Positions 38,747 through 48,633 of a stretch of DNA of 64,000 nt are shown piece by piece. The translations under genes and the position numbers were made by a program. How positions within the stretch are numbered: position 1 is the first letter of the stretch; each line of letters begins with the position of its first letter. Origin of the DNA: Candidatus Levyibacteriota bacterium (GTDB lineage Bacteria; Patescibacteriota; Microgenomatia; Levybacterales; UBA12049); contig CP066685.1 in NCBI GenBank assembly GCA_016432345.1, forward strand, positions 112,236-176,235, read 5' to 3'. Below the pieces are notes generated by a model. It searched no databases. It worked only from the letters and a program-made list of their open reading frames with translations, and was not told where the DNA came from.

Positions 38747-40276
38747 TCAAAAAGTTTGTGTTTTGAATATAAAAAACTGTGTAGATCCATTAATATCTTT
38801 TATATCAAAAATTCTACCATCAGGAAAAATACTTTTTAATTCATCCACTTTAAAATAATACTGAGGGTACAGAATATACACACTGCTTTTATTTCTTATT
38901 ATAGAGGAACCTAAGACAGTGTTGTTTTGGGAATAGTTATTAAAAATAAGATCGGTTCTATTTGATTCCGGAGCGAGAAACCGGAGTGTACCGAAGTTCG
39001 AGTAACCTTCGTACGGAGTTACAAAAATTATTCGTGTTGATGGAGGTAGAGATTGAAGGTAATAAGAAATCTTAGTTGCTGCGCGCGCATTTAAATCACC
39101 TACAACCTGATTGGGGTAAATGAAAAAGTATGTATAAAGGTTACTACCAATCATTGTAATAATTAAAGATGCTGCTATTATTCTGTGGTTGTTCTTTCCC
39201 TTAATATGTTGAATAAACATCTCAATGCCTAGGGCAACAAAAGTAAAAAGTACAGGTAGGCTTATTACAAAACGAGGTAGAAAAATGGGGGTTGGTACAG
39301 TAGTAAATATCTGCCCAAGTATAGCAAGAAATAACCACAAAAAGAGAAATGAATATGGAAACGAAAAAAATCTTTTCGCTCCATAGAAAAGGCCAAGACA
39401 TAAAAATACCAGCGTTGTGTAATCTATGAGTTGTCCTTTGAAACCGTATTGTGTACTGTTGTCCCCAGCAAAAATATTAAACGTTTTTTTTGTTTGTTCA
39501 AAAATGATTTCACTCTCTGATTTTTGATAGTTTGTCCATTTTCTACCAGAGTCAGAAAAAATATAGACACTTTTTGTTCTACTAAAGAAAGTTTCTGGAT
39601 GATCTAAAAAAAATTTTCCTTGTGGAGCAAAGATAACTAGTACCCCAAGTGTAAAAATAAAGAGGTTAAGAACCTTATTCAGAGAGAATTTTTTTACATA
39701 GTGAATGAAGATAGGTAATATCATGATTGGGATTATTCGGACTGCATAATATGAATAAAGGCTTAATCCCATAAAGCAGCCTGCAACAAAAAAATAAATC
39801 ATGTGTTCTTTTTTAATCGCCTTAAAGAGAAAGTACAGCGTTATTAATGCTAAAAATGTTGCTTGTACATATGTTATTCCAACTCTACTTAAAGCAAGCC
39901 ACATATGTGATGTCCCAAGAAGTATAGTTGCAAAAAATGCAATTCGAGGAGTGAAGAGAAGTTTTAGAAGAAGATAAAATACAGGAAGAGTTAATAAGCC
40001 AAAAATCACAGAACCCATTCTATTCCCTACTGCATTTTCGCCAAATATAGCCATCCCTAGTGCGTGAGGAGCAAATGATAATATAGGTAAATCAAACCAG
40101 CCAACTCCAAAAATATTTACAGAGCGTGTAACAATTTTAAGAGCCTGAAGCGCAGTTTCTCCCTCGTCTCCATGCACGCTCGTGGGTATTGTATTAAGTT
40201 TTATAATATATAGGCTTATGATACCTAATGAAATTAGTAAAATAGTAAAAATTTTAACAACCCGTTTGTAGTGCAT
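38747..40276 (-). CDS. GT-C (PMT/ArnT-like) glycosyltransferase
   Basis: HGDE in first loop, multi-TM, SR..., Y...R. Confidence 0.85.
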   Translation of the reverse strand: MHYKRVVKIFTILLISLGIISLYIIKLNTIPTSVHGDEGETALQALKIVTRSVNIFGVGWFDLPILSFAPHALGMAIFGENAVGNRMGSVIFGLLTLPVFYLLLKLLFTPRIAFFATILLGTSHMWLALSRVGITYVQATFLALITLYFLFKAIKKEHMIYFFVAGCFMGLSLYSYYAVRIIPIMILPIFIHYVKKFSLNKVLNLFIFTLGVLVIFAPQGKFFLDHPETFFSRTKSVYIFSDSGRKWTNYQKSESEIIFEQTKKTFNIFAGDNSTQYGFKGQLIDYTTLVFLCLGLFYGAKRFFSFPYSFLFLWLFLAILGQIFTTVPTPIFLPRFVISLPVLFTFVALGIEMFIQHIKGKNNHRIIAASLIITMIGSNLYTYFFIYPNQVVGDLNARAATKISYYLQSLPPSTRIIFVTPYEGYSNFGTLRFLAPESNRTDLIFNNYSQNNTVLGSSIIRNKSSVYILYPQYYFKVDELKSIFPDGRIFDIKDINGSTQFFIFKTQTF

Positions 40277-41882
40277 AAATGATTAATTGAGTATTTGGAT
40301 TTTCATATGATTTTACAAAATTTATATCAAAAAAGTCTTTATTAATTATAAAATCTCTGCTGGGATCATTTTCTATACTTACATACATGAGATTGTGTTT
40401 TTTTATAGACTGACAAAAGTCAGGTAAAGATGACTCATTAAATAGTTTCTTTCTTAGTAAGTCTCGTTCAAGCGTATTGTATCCTAAAGACCAAGAAAAG
40501 TAGGGCCAACCTAAAAATATCTTACGCCCAGCTAAAGATGCAGGATGATACAAATACGAAGAATTAAGAAACACTGCTTTTTTGGGTGTATGTTTCATAA
40601 TCCATGCAACGTCGGGATTTTTAGGATAATCTGCAAGTTCCATATAGCTATCATTTTTGATTGGAAAAAAATCAATAATTCCAGAAAGCATAAGGAAAAA
40701 TAGAGCAAAAATCACAAGCGGTTTTGTAAAAAGGTGCAGTTTCCAAAACTTTACAAGTAAAAATGCACTATACATATTTCCTCCAATAAGGAATGCATTA
40801 AAAAATTTGTGATTTGCTGCAATTTCTAAACTTAGCTGCACAGAGTGCCCTACAAAAAAGATAAGAAGAAATGGAATAAATACTTTTTTTGCTAATTTTG
40901 GAGAAAGCATAACTCCAAGAGGAATAAGAAAAAATGAGAGGCCAAGATTAAAAAACCAATACCTAAAAAACGATAAGAAAGTAAGCTTTTCTTGAATAAG
41001 GTAAGTAAGGTTAATGTATGGTGTAAATGTTGCTGTTTCTTTTAAGAAAAGGATACGAGGAAGAGAAAGAAGTCCTCCTAAAACAAGTATCATAAAAACT
41101 GCTTTTCTTTGCCGAGGAAAAAGGAGAAAAAATGTTACAAGTGTTAACCCAAACATAATAAAGACGCCTGAGTGAAAAAAGGGGAGCAATCCTAACAGTA
41201 AACCAAAGACTGTTGATAAAAAAAGGGGAAGGACCTTTTTCTGTTGGTCATATTTTACAATATAGAAAACAAATAGTAAGAAAAGTCCGAGGGGAAGAGC
41301 CAAGTGTCTTTGATTGGTGTAAATATTTAAATTCCAAAATGCTGATACAATTTTTCCATCATACGGTCCAAATGAAGGAAATGCTGTGTTTGTAAAAACA
41401 TCATGTATTATAGTAAAAGATATTGGGTGGATTTTAAAAAACTCCAAAAAAGAGAGCGAGCCGTTAAAAAGGAATAGAAAAACCGAAAGAAAACCAACCG
41501 CTCTGCTTTGGAAAAGCGTTGTTGCCAAGTAATAAATTGTAAGAATAAGAAGAAAAAAAGATATGCTGCTTGGGATATTGAATGCCCAATCAATTTGCAA
41601 GCCTAGTTTTTCTAGTAATCCAACAAAGAAGTAGAAAAGAAAATGGTATCGGATTGGCTCTCCTGGAAAGAGCGGGTACTCTGGAGGAATATTATTTCCA
41701 AACGAAAAGGAGCGAATAAGGGGGATATGACCACCAAAATCACTCCATGCCTTAGTAGCTATCTGCATTGTTCCATTTGAATATGAAAATGTATGAAACA
41801 TTAACCAAAAACTGAAAATTATAATACAGGGTAAAAAGATCCAATTGAAAGGAGTAATATGGGATTTAATACGCTTAAACAT
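40254..41882 (-). CDS. GT-C-like multi-TM protein
   Basis: WSD..HI, YHF, C-terminal SLAGRK..LGW domain. Confidence 0.7.
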   Translation of the reverse strand: MFKRIKSHITPFNWIFLPCIIIFSFWLMFHTFSYSNGTMQIATKAWSDFGGHIPLIRSFSFGNNIPPEYPLFPGEPIRYHFLFYFFVGLLEKLGLQIDWAFNIPSSISFFLLILTIYYLATTLFQSRAVGFLSVFLFLFNGSLSFLEFFKIHPISFTIIHDVFTNTAFPSFGPYDGKIVSAFWNLNIYTNQRHLALPLGLFLLFVFYIVKYDQQKKVLPLFLSTVFGLLLGLLPFFHSGVFIMFGLTLVTFFLLFPRQRKAVFMILVLGGLLSLPRILFLKETATFTPYINLTYLIQEKLTFLSFFRYWFFNLGLSFFLIPLGVMLSPKLAKKVFIPFLLIFFVGHSVQLSLEIAANHKFFNAFLIGGNMYSAFLLVKFWKLHLFTKPLVIFALFFLMLSGIIDFFPIKNDSYMELADYPKNPDVAWIMKHTPKKAVFLNSSYLYHPASLAGRKIFLGWPYFSWSLGYNTLERDLLRKKLFNESSLPDFCQSIKKHNLMYVSIENDPSRDFIINKDFFDINFVKSYENPNTQLIIYALQTGC

Positions 41883-42540
41883 TTTTTACTAAAAAAACAT
41901 TTATTAAAGAAAGCCGGGACGAAAATGGAATAGGTAACGATATTTTTTTTTCAATAACAGGGAAAACCTGTTCTATATCTGAAGGATAAATAGCATGGAT
42001 ATGGTCTGGAGAATGGAGAGGAAATTTTAATTGTAAGAGCCGAGCAAATTCCCAAAGGTCTTCATTTGGAATACCAAAAATAATATATCCATTTTTTTTC
42101 ACAACTCGTTTAAGTTCTTTAAATAGCGTCTGAGGGGATAATACATGTTCAACTATATCGCAGGCTAGCGCCGCATCAAATGCATTAGCCTTAAAAGGCA
42201 TTTTTGTTACATCTCCTTTAATAAGCGTTACATTTTTTCTTTTAATTTTTTTAATATATTTTTTTGCTTCTGTAATTTGCGTTGGAGAAATATCAATACC
42301 AGTATAGGCAACTTGTTTATCGATTTCATCAATAAGCCTTCCATCTCCACATCCTGCATCGAGAATGTTAGTAATAGGGAGAGGAGCAAGAATTTTTTTT
42401 ATTATTTTTTTCTTATTTGTCCATAAGGTTCTTTCTAGAGGATTTGGAGAATCATAATGCGTTCTCATAGGTGAGGTTTTTGCGACATCTTCATTTGCCA
42501 GGTAAAATTCATCAAAACTTGTTCTCTTAATTATTTTCAT
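41875..42540 (-). CDS. Class I SAM-dependent methyltransferase
   Basis: ILDAGCGDG, GIDIS, GDV..MPF, VEHV; start likely ATG 42540. Confidence 0.9.
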   Translation of the reverse strand: MKIIKRTSFDEFYLANEDVAKTSPMRTHYDSPNPLERTLWTNKKKIIKKILAPLPITNILDAGCGDGRLIDEIDKQVAYTGIDISPTQITEAKKYIKKIKRKNVTLIKGDVTKMPFKANAFDAALACDIVEHVLSPQTLFKELKRVVKKNGYIIFGIPNEDLWEFARLLQLKFPLHSPDHIHAIYPSDIEQVFPVIEKKISLPIPFSSRLSLINVFLVKNV

Positions 42541-42560
42541 GAAATTAGATTCTACTTGTT

Positions 42561-43787
42561 TTAGATAATTTGTGCAATTTTTTCTCCAAGTTCTACCGCG
42601 TAGTTTGTGCCGCGATCCCAAGGATAGACCTGTTGCATATTAGCAAGGAAAACATTTTTTAATGGTGTTTCTAGTGTTGGTATTATTTTTGAATAATAGG
42701 TAGGAATAATCGGCTGGGCGAAAGGAGCTTTAAACAGCGTATAGTTAATAGCGTCTAGCGTATAGTTTGGATTTATTTTTCGTAGATAAGGATCATAGAT
42801 TTTTAGAAGTTCATTAGCAGATAATTTCATGTAGGGGTGGTCGTGGGGAACATAATTGCCAAGATAAACGATATGTTCATTATTATAATGTTTAGAATCC
42901 ATAAAATTAGTGTGTTCGACAATTGCCATGATGGGAGATTCTTTGTCACAAATACTTAGCCAATAGGTATTGTCAGGTAAAAATGGTTTTTTGAGACGAA
43001 GAATAAGGTTTATTGCACCTAATCCTTTTAATTGCAGCAGGTTTTGTTTATAAACATTTGGTAGTTGTGGAGCGATTTTGACAAAATAAAACGATGGTAA
43101 AGTGACGATGATCTTATCAAAATTTTTCAACTGTTTTATTTCTCTAATTTCGGTATTAAATAAAAATTTTCCCCCATTTTCTTCAATTTTTTTTACCAAT
43201 GCATTTGCGAAAGTAAGGAAACCGCCCGATGGATAGGCAAGTTGTGCTGTTCGTTTATTAATCCTTGCCCAAAACCAGGCCAGCGAAATATCATCGGCAT
43301 AATCCCCAAATTTATTATGAAGTTGGGGCTCCCAAATTGTTTGATAGGCATTTTTCCCCATGGCGTTTTGTAAAAATTCATTCGTTTTTATACTCTCGAG
43401 TGGTTGCCAAAAGGGATTGTATTTTAAGCTTCCAAGAATTGCAGCCATCCGCAAACGATCATAAATCTTTAGTTTGGGAAATTGGAGTAGATGGAGCGGA
43501 GAGTCGAATTGATAGATTTCACTATCAACGTAGACAGATGTTTTGGGCCGTTTTATGATAATTTTATGATCAATTTTTCTTGCCAGCGAAAGAATAGAGT
43601 TATCGTTTGTAAACCAATGATGATAATGCTTTTCCAATGTCCATTCCCAGTTTTTTTCTAAATAGCCAACTGCCAGTCCGCCGGGATTTTGGTCTTTCTC
43701 AAAAACATAAACTTTGTGTTTTTCTTGAGAAATATAATAAGCTGCAGAAAGACCGGTAAATCCTGCGCCGATAATAGCTATTTTCAT
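42561..43787 (-). CDS. FAD-dependent oxidoreductase (amine oxidase/PPO-like)
   Basis: IIGAGFTGLSAA, E...GGL, YHHWF, YPWDRGTN. Confidence 0.88.
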   Translation of the reverse strand: MKIAIIGAGFTGLSAAYYISQEKHKVYVFEKDQNPGGLAVGYLEKNWEWTLEKHYHHWFTNDNSILSLARKIDHKIIIKRPKTSVYVDSEIYQFDSPLHLLQFPKLKIYDRLRMAAILGSLKYNPFWQPLESIKTNEFLQNAMGKNAYQTIWEPQLHNKFGDYADDISLAWFWARINKRTAQLAYPSGGFLTFANALVKKIEENGGKFLFNTEIREIKQLKNFDKIIVTLPSFYFVKIAPQLPNVYKQNLLQLKGLGAINLILRLKKPFLPDNTYWLSICDKESPIMAIVEHTNFMDSKHYNNEHIVYLGNYVPHDHPYMKLSANELLKIYDPYLRKINPNYTLDAINYTLFKAPFAQPIIPTYYSKIIPTLETPLKNVFLANMQQVYPWDRGTNYAVELGEKIAQII

Positions 43788-45148
43788 GAGACGTATTTAT
43801 TACGAAGAAATCGTAAGATAATAAGTCCTGTAATTATAGCACTGAAAGCAGAGATGCCTATAGGAAAAATTGAAGAGTTTCCTGGCGGTTCGATAGGAGG
43901 AAAGATTTGTGTTTTTGTTGGAGTTGGGATACCTGTTGGTTTGAGTGTTGGTGTCGGAGTTTCTGTTGGGGAAGGTTTGGCAATTGTTGGCGTTGGTGAA
44001 GAAGTTATGCTTGCTTTTGGAGTAAGCGTTGCGGAAGGCGTTGCAGATTGGTTTACTTGCGACCCTTGCGCATAAACTGTAAAACTTTGTTTGATAGTTT
44101 TTAGAATTCCAAACTGATCTCTGGTGGTGATTAGAATTGTGTGTTTTCCAGGAGAAAGCGGATTTTTTGGTCTAAATGACCATGATCCATTTTTATCGGA
44201 TGTAACAGACGTTTTGATTTCTTCTTCTGAATTGATTTCTATTTTTACTTCTGTTCCTGGTGAGGCAACACCTTTAAAGGTGGGTTGAGTATCGGTAAAT
44301 GATTCATTCTTTTTAGGGCTAATAATTTTGGTAGCCTTTGAGGCCGAAGGACTTGCTGTAAAAGATGGAAAACCAATTGTTTCATCGAGGACATGAATAG
44401 GTTTATCGTTTATGGTAAAGTCGTAATCTTTGGAAATAATAATTAACGGTACAGAATTTGCCTGACTTGCAAAAAGCGCTACATTAGATTTTTCAGAAGT
44501 TCCAACAATAAGCATAGTGATAACATCATTTTTTGATAAAGAAATATAAGAAGTTAAATCCTGTCCTCGTAAAGAACTAAGATTAAATGTGTAGGCGCCG
44601 TCTTGTTTTACATGCGTTGAGAAAACTTGAGAATTTGGACTTGTTATATAAATAATTGCGTCCTTTTGCATGGTATCTAAAAAAATAATTGAGCCGCGCA
44701 TCTCTACTGTTGCTGAAGATAAATTAAGCGTTGGGCCAGTCGTTACGGTAAAAGGCTTCCCGTTGTTAAGAAATGTGGTTTCTCCGCTTAGTATAGAAAA
44801 GTAATAATTTGTTGATGGTTGTAAATTAGCAATAGTTATATTATGAATAAGTCGGGGTTGGACGCTTTTTGTATTACTATCTTCATCGTCTATTGCAGTA
44901 TTTTCCATTTTGTCATTTGGGCTGTACATTATTGATCCTAAGAAAGGAGACGAGGTAGTATATGATACGGTGAATGAGGTGTCAGTTATATTTGTAACTC
45001 GTATATTTTCTGGTGTTTCGGATATAGATGCTTTACTTATAAAAGGAATGCCTTTTTTGGTAAAAAAAGATGTTAATGCAATACCAACAAGAATTAACAT
45101 TATGCCAAGAAGGGTAGGTATTTTTATTTGCCAAATTGTATTTTTCAT
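43784..45148 (-). CDS. Surface protein with Fn3-like and Ig-like domains and Pro/Thr linker
   Basis: TNITDTSFTVS, NLQPSTNYYF, PTFKG..PG, G.WSF, G.HTI; N- and C-terminal TM. Confidence 0.8.
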   Translation of the reverse strand: MKNTIWQIKIPTLLGIMLILVGIALTSFFTKKGIPFISKASISETPENIRVTNITDTSFTVSYTTSSPFLGSIMYSPNDKMENTAIDDEDSNTKSVQPRLIHNITIANLQPSTNYYFSILSGETTFLNNGKPFTVTTGPTLNLSSATVEMRGSIIFLDTMQKDAIIYITSPNSQVFSTHVKQDGAYTFNLSSLRGQDLTSYISLSKNDVITMLIVGTSEKSNVALFASQANSVPLIIISKDYDFTINDKPIHVLDETIGFPSFTASPSASKATKIISPKKNESFTDTQPTFKGVASPGTEVKIEINSEEEIKTSVTSDKNGSWSFRPKNPLSPGKHTILITTRDQFGILKTIKQSFTVYAQGSQVNQSATPSATLTPKASITSSPTPTIAKPSPTETPTPTLKPTGIPTPTKTQIFPPIEPPGNSSIFPIGISAFSAIITGLIILRFLRNKYVS

Positions 45149-45429
45149 GGTTTTAGTGAAGCAGATACAGTTGACTGTTTTACAGCAGACGATGTTCCAA
45201 TAGGTGGTGTTGGATTTGTATTAATTTCAAAAACAGGCGAGACTTTTTTTCTTTTTCTAACCTCGTCAATTGTTTTTGTGTCGAATGATGGAGATATTGG
45301 CGCTATTTGAATGCTTGTTGCTTCGGGAATTGTTGAAGTTTTCGCATTGTGATAAATATTGAAAGTAATCCAAACAACAGCAATAATAAAGCCAGATATC
45401 ATGAGAAATAATAAATCTTTTCTATTCAT
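45145..45429 (-). CDS. Small single-TM protein in pil operon
   Basis: Coupled to pilO; N-terminal TM. Confidence 0.7.
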   Translation of the reverse strand: MNRKDLLFLMISGFIIAVVWITFNIYHNAKTSTIPEATSIQIAPISPSFDTKTIDEVRKRKKVSPVFEINTNPTPPIGTSSAVKQSTVSASLKP

Positions 45430-46037
45430 GGTTTAAAGTAAGCTTTTCCTTGCAGGCTAATCTGCAAATTATCTTTTTCTTTAACACTTCCAAAAGAAAT
45501 AGTATCAATTGAGATTATCCGTTCAAAGTCAACCAAAGAAGAAAGAAATGAGTTAAGATTGTTTTGCGTCCCTTTTAAATCCAGAGTAAAACCAAAAGAG
45601 CCATAGTTTTTTTGACTGTTTGTATTGTTTGTATTGTTAGAAATTTCAACTTGAAAAATCTGCAAACGAGCAATATTTATATTATTGGCTTGCGCAACAC
45701 TTTGCAGTTGAGCGGCAAAAAGCGGCACAGTTGGTTTTTTTGGGATTGCATTTAAAATAGTCGGACGCACATCTTCAAGTAAAGCATATCTATTTTGCAA
45801 TGTGTTAAGACTTTCTATTTTTTCTTGTAGTTTTTCTTCAATAAATTTATTGTCCGACAACTGTTTTTGCAGGTGTGCGATTGTTGATATAGTTGGATTA
45901 ATTGCAAATACCCCAAAAAGAGAGAGCGCTGTAAGCGTAAAAAAAATAGTTGAATATTTTTGCGCCTTTTTTTCTTTTATAAATGGCGCAAATGTTTTAT
46001 ATATATCTTTTAGTTCTCTATTTGTTGTTGGTTTCAT
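45426..46037 (-). CDS. pilO: Type IV pilus assembly protein PilO-like
   Basis: TM, coiled coil, AIP, F...L...ERIISID. Confidence 0.75.
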   Translation of the reverse strand: MKPTTNRELKDIYKTFAPFIKEKKAQKYSTIFFTLTALSLFGVFAINPTISTIAHLQKQLSDNKFIEEKLQEKIESLNTLQNRYALLEDVRPTILNAIPKKPTVPLFAAQLQSVAQANNINIARLQIFQVEISNNTNNTNSQKNYGSFGFTLDLKGTQNNLNSFLSSLVDFERIISIDTISFGSVKEKDNLQISLQGKAYFKP

Positions 46038-46588
46038 TTATTTTCTCCTCCTTTTATTTTTGTTATAGCAGTAACACTAACAATAATCGTTGCGCTTTTT
46101 GTTCTGTTTTCTATTTTATCCAAACTTACAGATTGGATTTTGGGATTTTCTTTTAGAGTTTTTATAAAATTAGTCAGCGTTGAAACTGATTGTACATTTG
46201 CATTAATTTTTATTTGATTTTCAGATAGAAATACATTATTAAATGAAATATCTGAAGATGGGAAGTTAACAATATCCGAAAAAAGCGTAATAGTTTGTTT
46301 GCCGCTATTTGTTATTTCAGATATAAGAGATAATCTGTCTTGCAGATTTCTAAATGTATCTTCATTATTTTTGAGTAATTTGACAAGTGCTTGTTTCTGT
46401 TTTATCTTTCCGTGTATATCTATCAGTTGTTGATCTAGAACAAAACGATATAAAAAAGCAGAAAGCGCAATAGCTTCTGTGAGAATAACTACAATGCGTC
46501 CAATGGTAAGCGCCCATTTCATGAAGCGGTCGAGAAAACTTCCTTTTCTGCTTTTAAAAAGATTAATTGAGGGTTTTACTAAAATCAT
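46034..46588 (-). CDS. pilN: Type IV pilus assembly protein PilN-like
   Basis: INL motif, TM, coiled coil, FI..L...P...V.L. Confidence 0.72.
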   Translation of the reverse strand: MILVKPSINLFKSRKGSFLDRFMKWALTIGRIVVILTEAIALSAFLYRFVLDQQLIDIHGKIKQKQALVKLLKNNEDTFRNLQDRLSLISEITNSGKQTITLFSDIVNFPSSDISFNNVFLSENQIKINANVQSVSTLTNFIKTLKENPKIQSVSLDKIENRTKSATIIVSVTAITKIKGGENK

Positions 46589-46631
46589 ACTGGTATATCC
46601 AGTCTAGGAGAATTTTAGAAGTTTGTCAAAG

Positions 46632-46889
46632 CTAAAAATTAGAAGGTTTTTTATCAGAAGATAGAAGTTTTGATAGAGCGGATTTGATGCGGGAAGCTTT
46701 ATTTTTGTGGATGATATGATTTTTGGCGGCTTTATCCAAAGCTGTAGCAGCTTCTTTAACAGTTTTTTCTACAAGGTTTTTTTTGGCCTTTTTAATAAGA
46801 TTTTTAAGATTTGTCCTAATCTTTTGGTTATGCAAAGTTTTCTTTTTGTCTTTTCTTAGTTTCTTTTTAGCAGATTTTATTACTGGCAT
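46632..46889 (-). CDS. rpsT: 30S ribosomal protein S20
   Basis: MPVIKSAKK, LDKAAK..IIHKNKASRIKS. Confidence 0.96.
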   Translation of the reverse strand: MPVIKSAKKKLRKDKKKTLHNQKIRTNLKNLIKKAKKNLVEKTVKEAATALDKAAKNHIIHKNKASRIKSALSKLLSSDKKPSNF

Positions 46890-46923
46890 GGAGGCATTTT
46901 AGCATGGTATACTCTAAATTACA

Positions 46924-48588
46924 ATGCCAAAAAATTTTTTACAAAAAAGCTGGAATCTTTTATTACAGCGTCAAACCAACATTCTTTCCGCGGCATTTGT
47001 GATTATGGGGACTGTTTTTTTGTCCCAAGTTTTAGGTCTTATTCGTCAGAGATTGCTGGTATCTATTTTTGGCGCTTCAAATACTTTGGGTGTTTATTTA
47101 ACTGCCAATAGATTTCCGGATTTGTTGTTTCAAATTATTATTGCTGGCGCGCTATATTCGGCCTTTATTCCTGTATTTTCGGATTATATGGCAAAAAACA
47201 GGGAAAAAGACGCACACAAAATGGCTTCAACATTTCTGGCGTTAAGCTGTGTAATTTTTTTATTGTTTTCCTTATTTCTTTTTATTTTCGCCCCATTTTT
47301 TCTGAGCTTTTTTAATATTGGCGGAAAGTATTCTTTAGAACAAATGATTCTGATGACAAATTTAACCCGCATTATCCTGGCGGCGCAGTTTTTGTTTATA
47401 GCAGCAACATTTTTTTCGGCCCTTTTGCAATCTTACAACCACTTTTTTATTCCGGGAATTGCCGCGGCAACATATAATTTAGGAATAATTATTGGCATAC
47501 TAACACTTTCTTCATCTTTTGGTATTTATGCTCCAGCTTATGGATGTATTTTAGGCGCCTCTTTTTTTATTCTTGCTCAAATTCCTATGGTAAAAAAAAT
47601 TGGATTTCGATTTACTTTCTCATTTGAGTTTAAAACATCAGGGGTGATGGATGTAATACACTTAATGTGGCCAAGAACTTTGTCTAATGGTGTTTTTCAA
47701 ATAGGCACATTGGCAATAGCGGCATTGATTTCGTTTTTGTCAGAGCCTGGGCGAAATTACACAATTTTTGATTATGCTCAAACATTGGCGTTTGCTCCAG
47801 TTGGGCTTGTTGGGCAAACAATTGCTCAAGCGGCGTTTCCTGTACTTTCCCGAGAGCGGGAAAAACTGGCTGAATTTAGGACGACATTTCTGACCAGCTT
47901 TACACAGATTCTTTATTTAGTTCTTCCTATTTCTATACTTTTACTGGTGCTTCGTATACCTGTTGTTAGACTTGTGTTTGGAGCAGGCCTTTTTGATTGG
48001 CAAGCAACTGTATTAACGGGAAGAGTGTTAGCACTTTTATCTTTATCTATTTTTGCGCAATCTCTTATTGCTCTTGTTTCTCGCGGATTTTATGCTTTAC
48101 ATAATACAAAAGTTCCTCTTATTGTAGGAACAATTACAACTGTATTAATGGTAATGCTTGGAGGAGTTTTTGTTATTTTTTATAAACTAGGAATAGAAGG
48201 GATTGCTATTTCATATGCTTTTGCCGTTATTTGTAATTTAATTACCCTTTTTATTATTTTGGATCGAAAAGTTGGCGGTTTCGATAAAAGGGCACTTTTT
48301 GTTAGGGTATTAAAAATTTTTATTGCATCAGCATTTACAGGAATAGCTATATATATACCAATAAAACTTTTAGATCAACTGGTATTTGATACCACAAGAA
48401 CAATTAATCTTCTTCTTTTAACTGGTATTTCAAGCGTAGCAGGTCTTGCTATTTATCTTTTTCTAACCTGGTTTTTAAATGTGAAGGAAGCTCTTGCTTT
48501 TGTAATTTTGTTTAAAAAGCTTGGAAACTGGAGAGAGATTTTGGGAAAATCTGATGAGGTTATTGACGGCACCCGTTTTAACCCTTAA
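46924..48588 (+). CDS. murJ: Lipid II flipase MurJ
   Basis: SQVLGLIR, RFPD, SAFIPVF, AAFP.LS, RGFYA..NTK.P. Confidence 0.93.
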   Translation: MPKNFLQKSWNLLLQRQTNILSAAFVIMGTVFLSQVLGLIRQRLLVSIFGASNTLGVYLTANRFPDLLFQIIIAGALYSAFIPVFSDYMAKNREKDAHKMASTFLALSCVIFLLFSLFLFIFAPFFLSFFNIGGKYSLEQMILMTNLTRIILAAQFLFIAATFFSALLQSYNHFFIPGIAAATYNLGIIIGILTLSSSFGIYAPAYGCILGASFFILAQIPMVKKIGFRFTFSFEFKTSGVMDVIHLMWPRTLSNGVFQIGTLAIAALISFLSEPGRNYTIFDYAQTLAFAPVGLVGQTIAQAAFPVLSREREKLAEFRTTFLTSFTQILYLVLPISILLLVLRIPVVRLVFGAGLFDWQATVLTGRVLALLSLSIFAQSLIALVSRGFYALHNTKVPLIVGTITTVLMVMLGGVFVIFYKLGIEGIAISYAFAVICNLITLFIILDRKVGGFDKRALFVRVLKIFIASAFTGIAIYIPIKLLDQLVFDTTRTINLLLLTGISSVAGLAIYLFLTWFLNVKEALAFVILFKKLGNWREILGKSDEVIDGTRFNP

Positions 48589-48633
48589 CCTATTTGCTTT
48601 TCCTTTTGATCCCCTTTATACTCTTTTCAATCT

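Noticed and set aside
43900..44050. Pro/Thr repeats in surface proteins (also near 50900-51000 and 35750-35880)
   Set aside because: Ordinary low-complexity linkers with 3-nt, not 7-nt, periodicity
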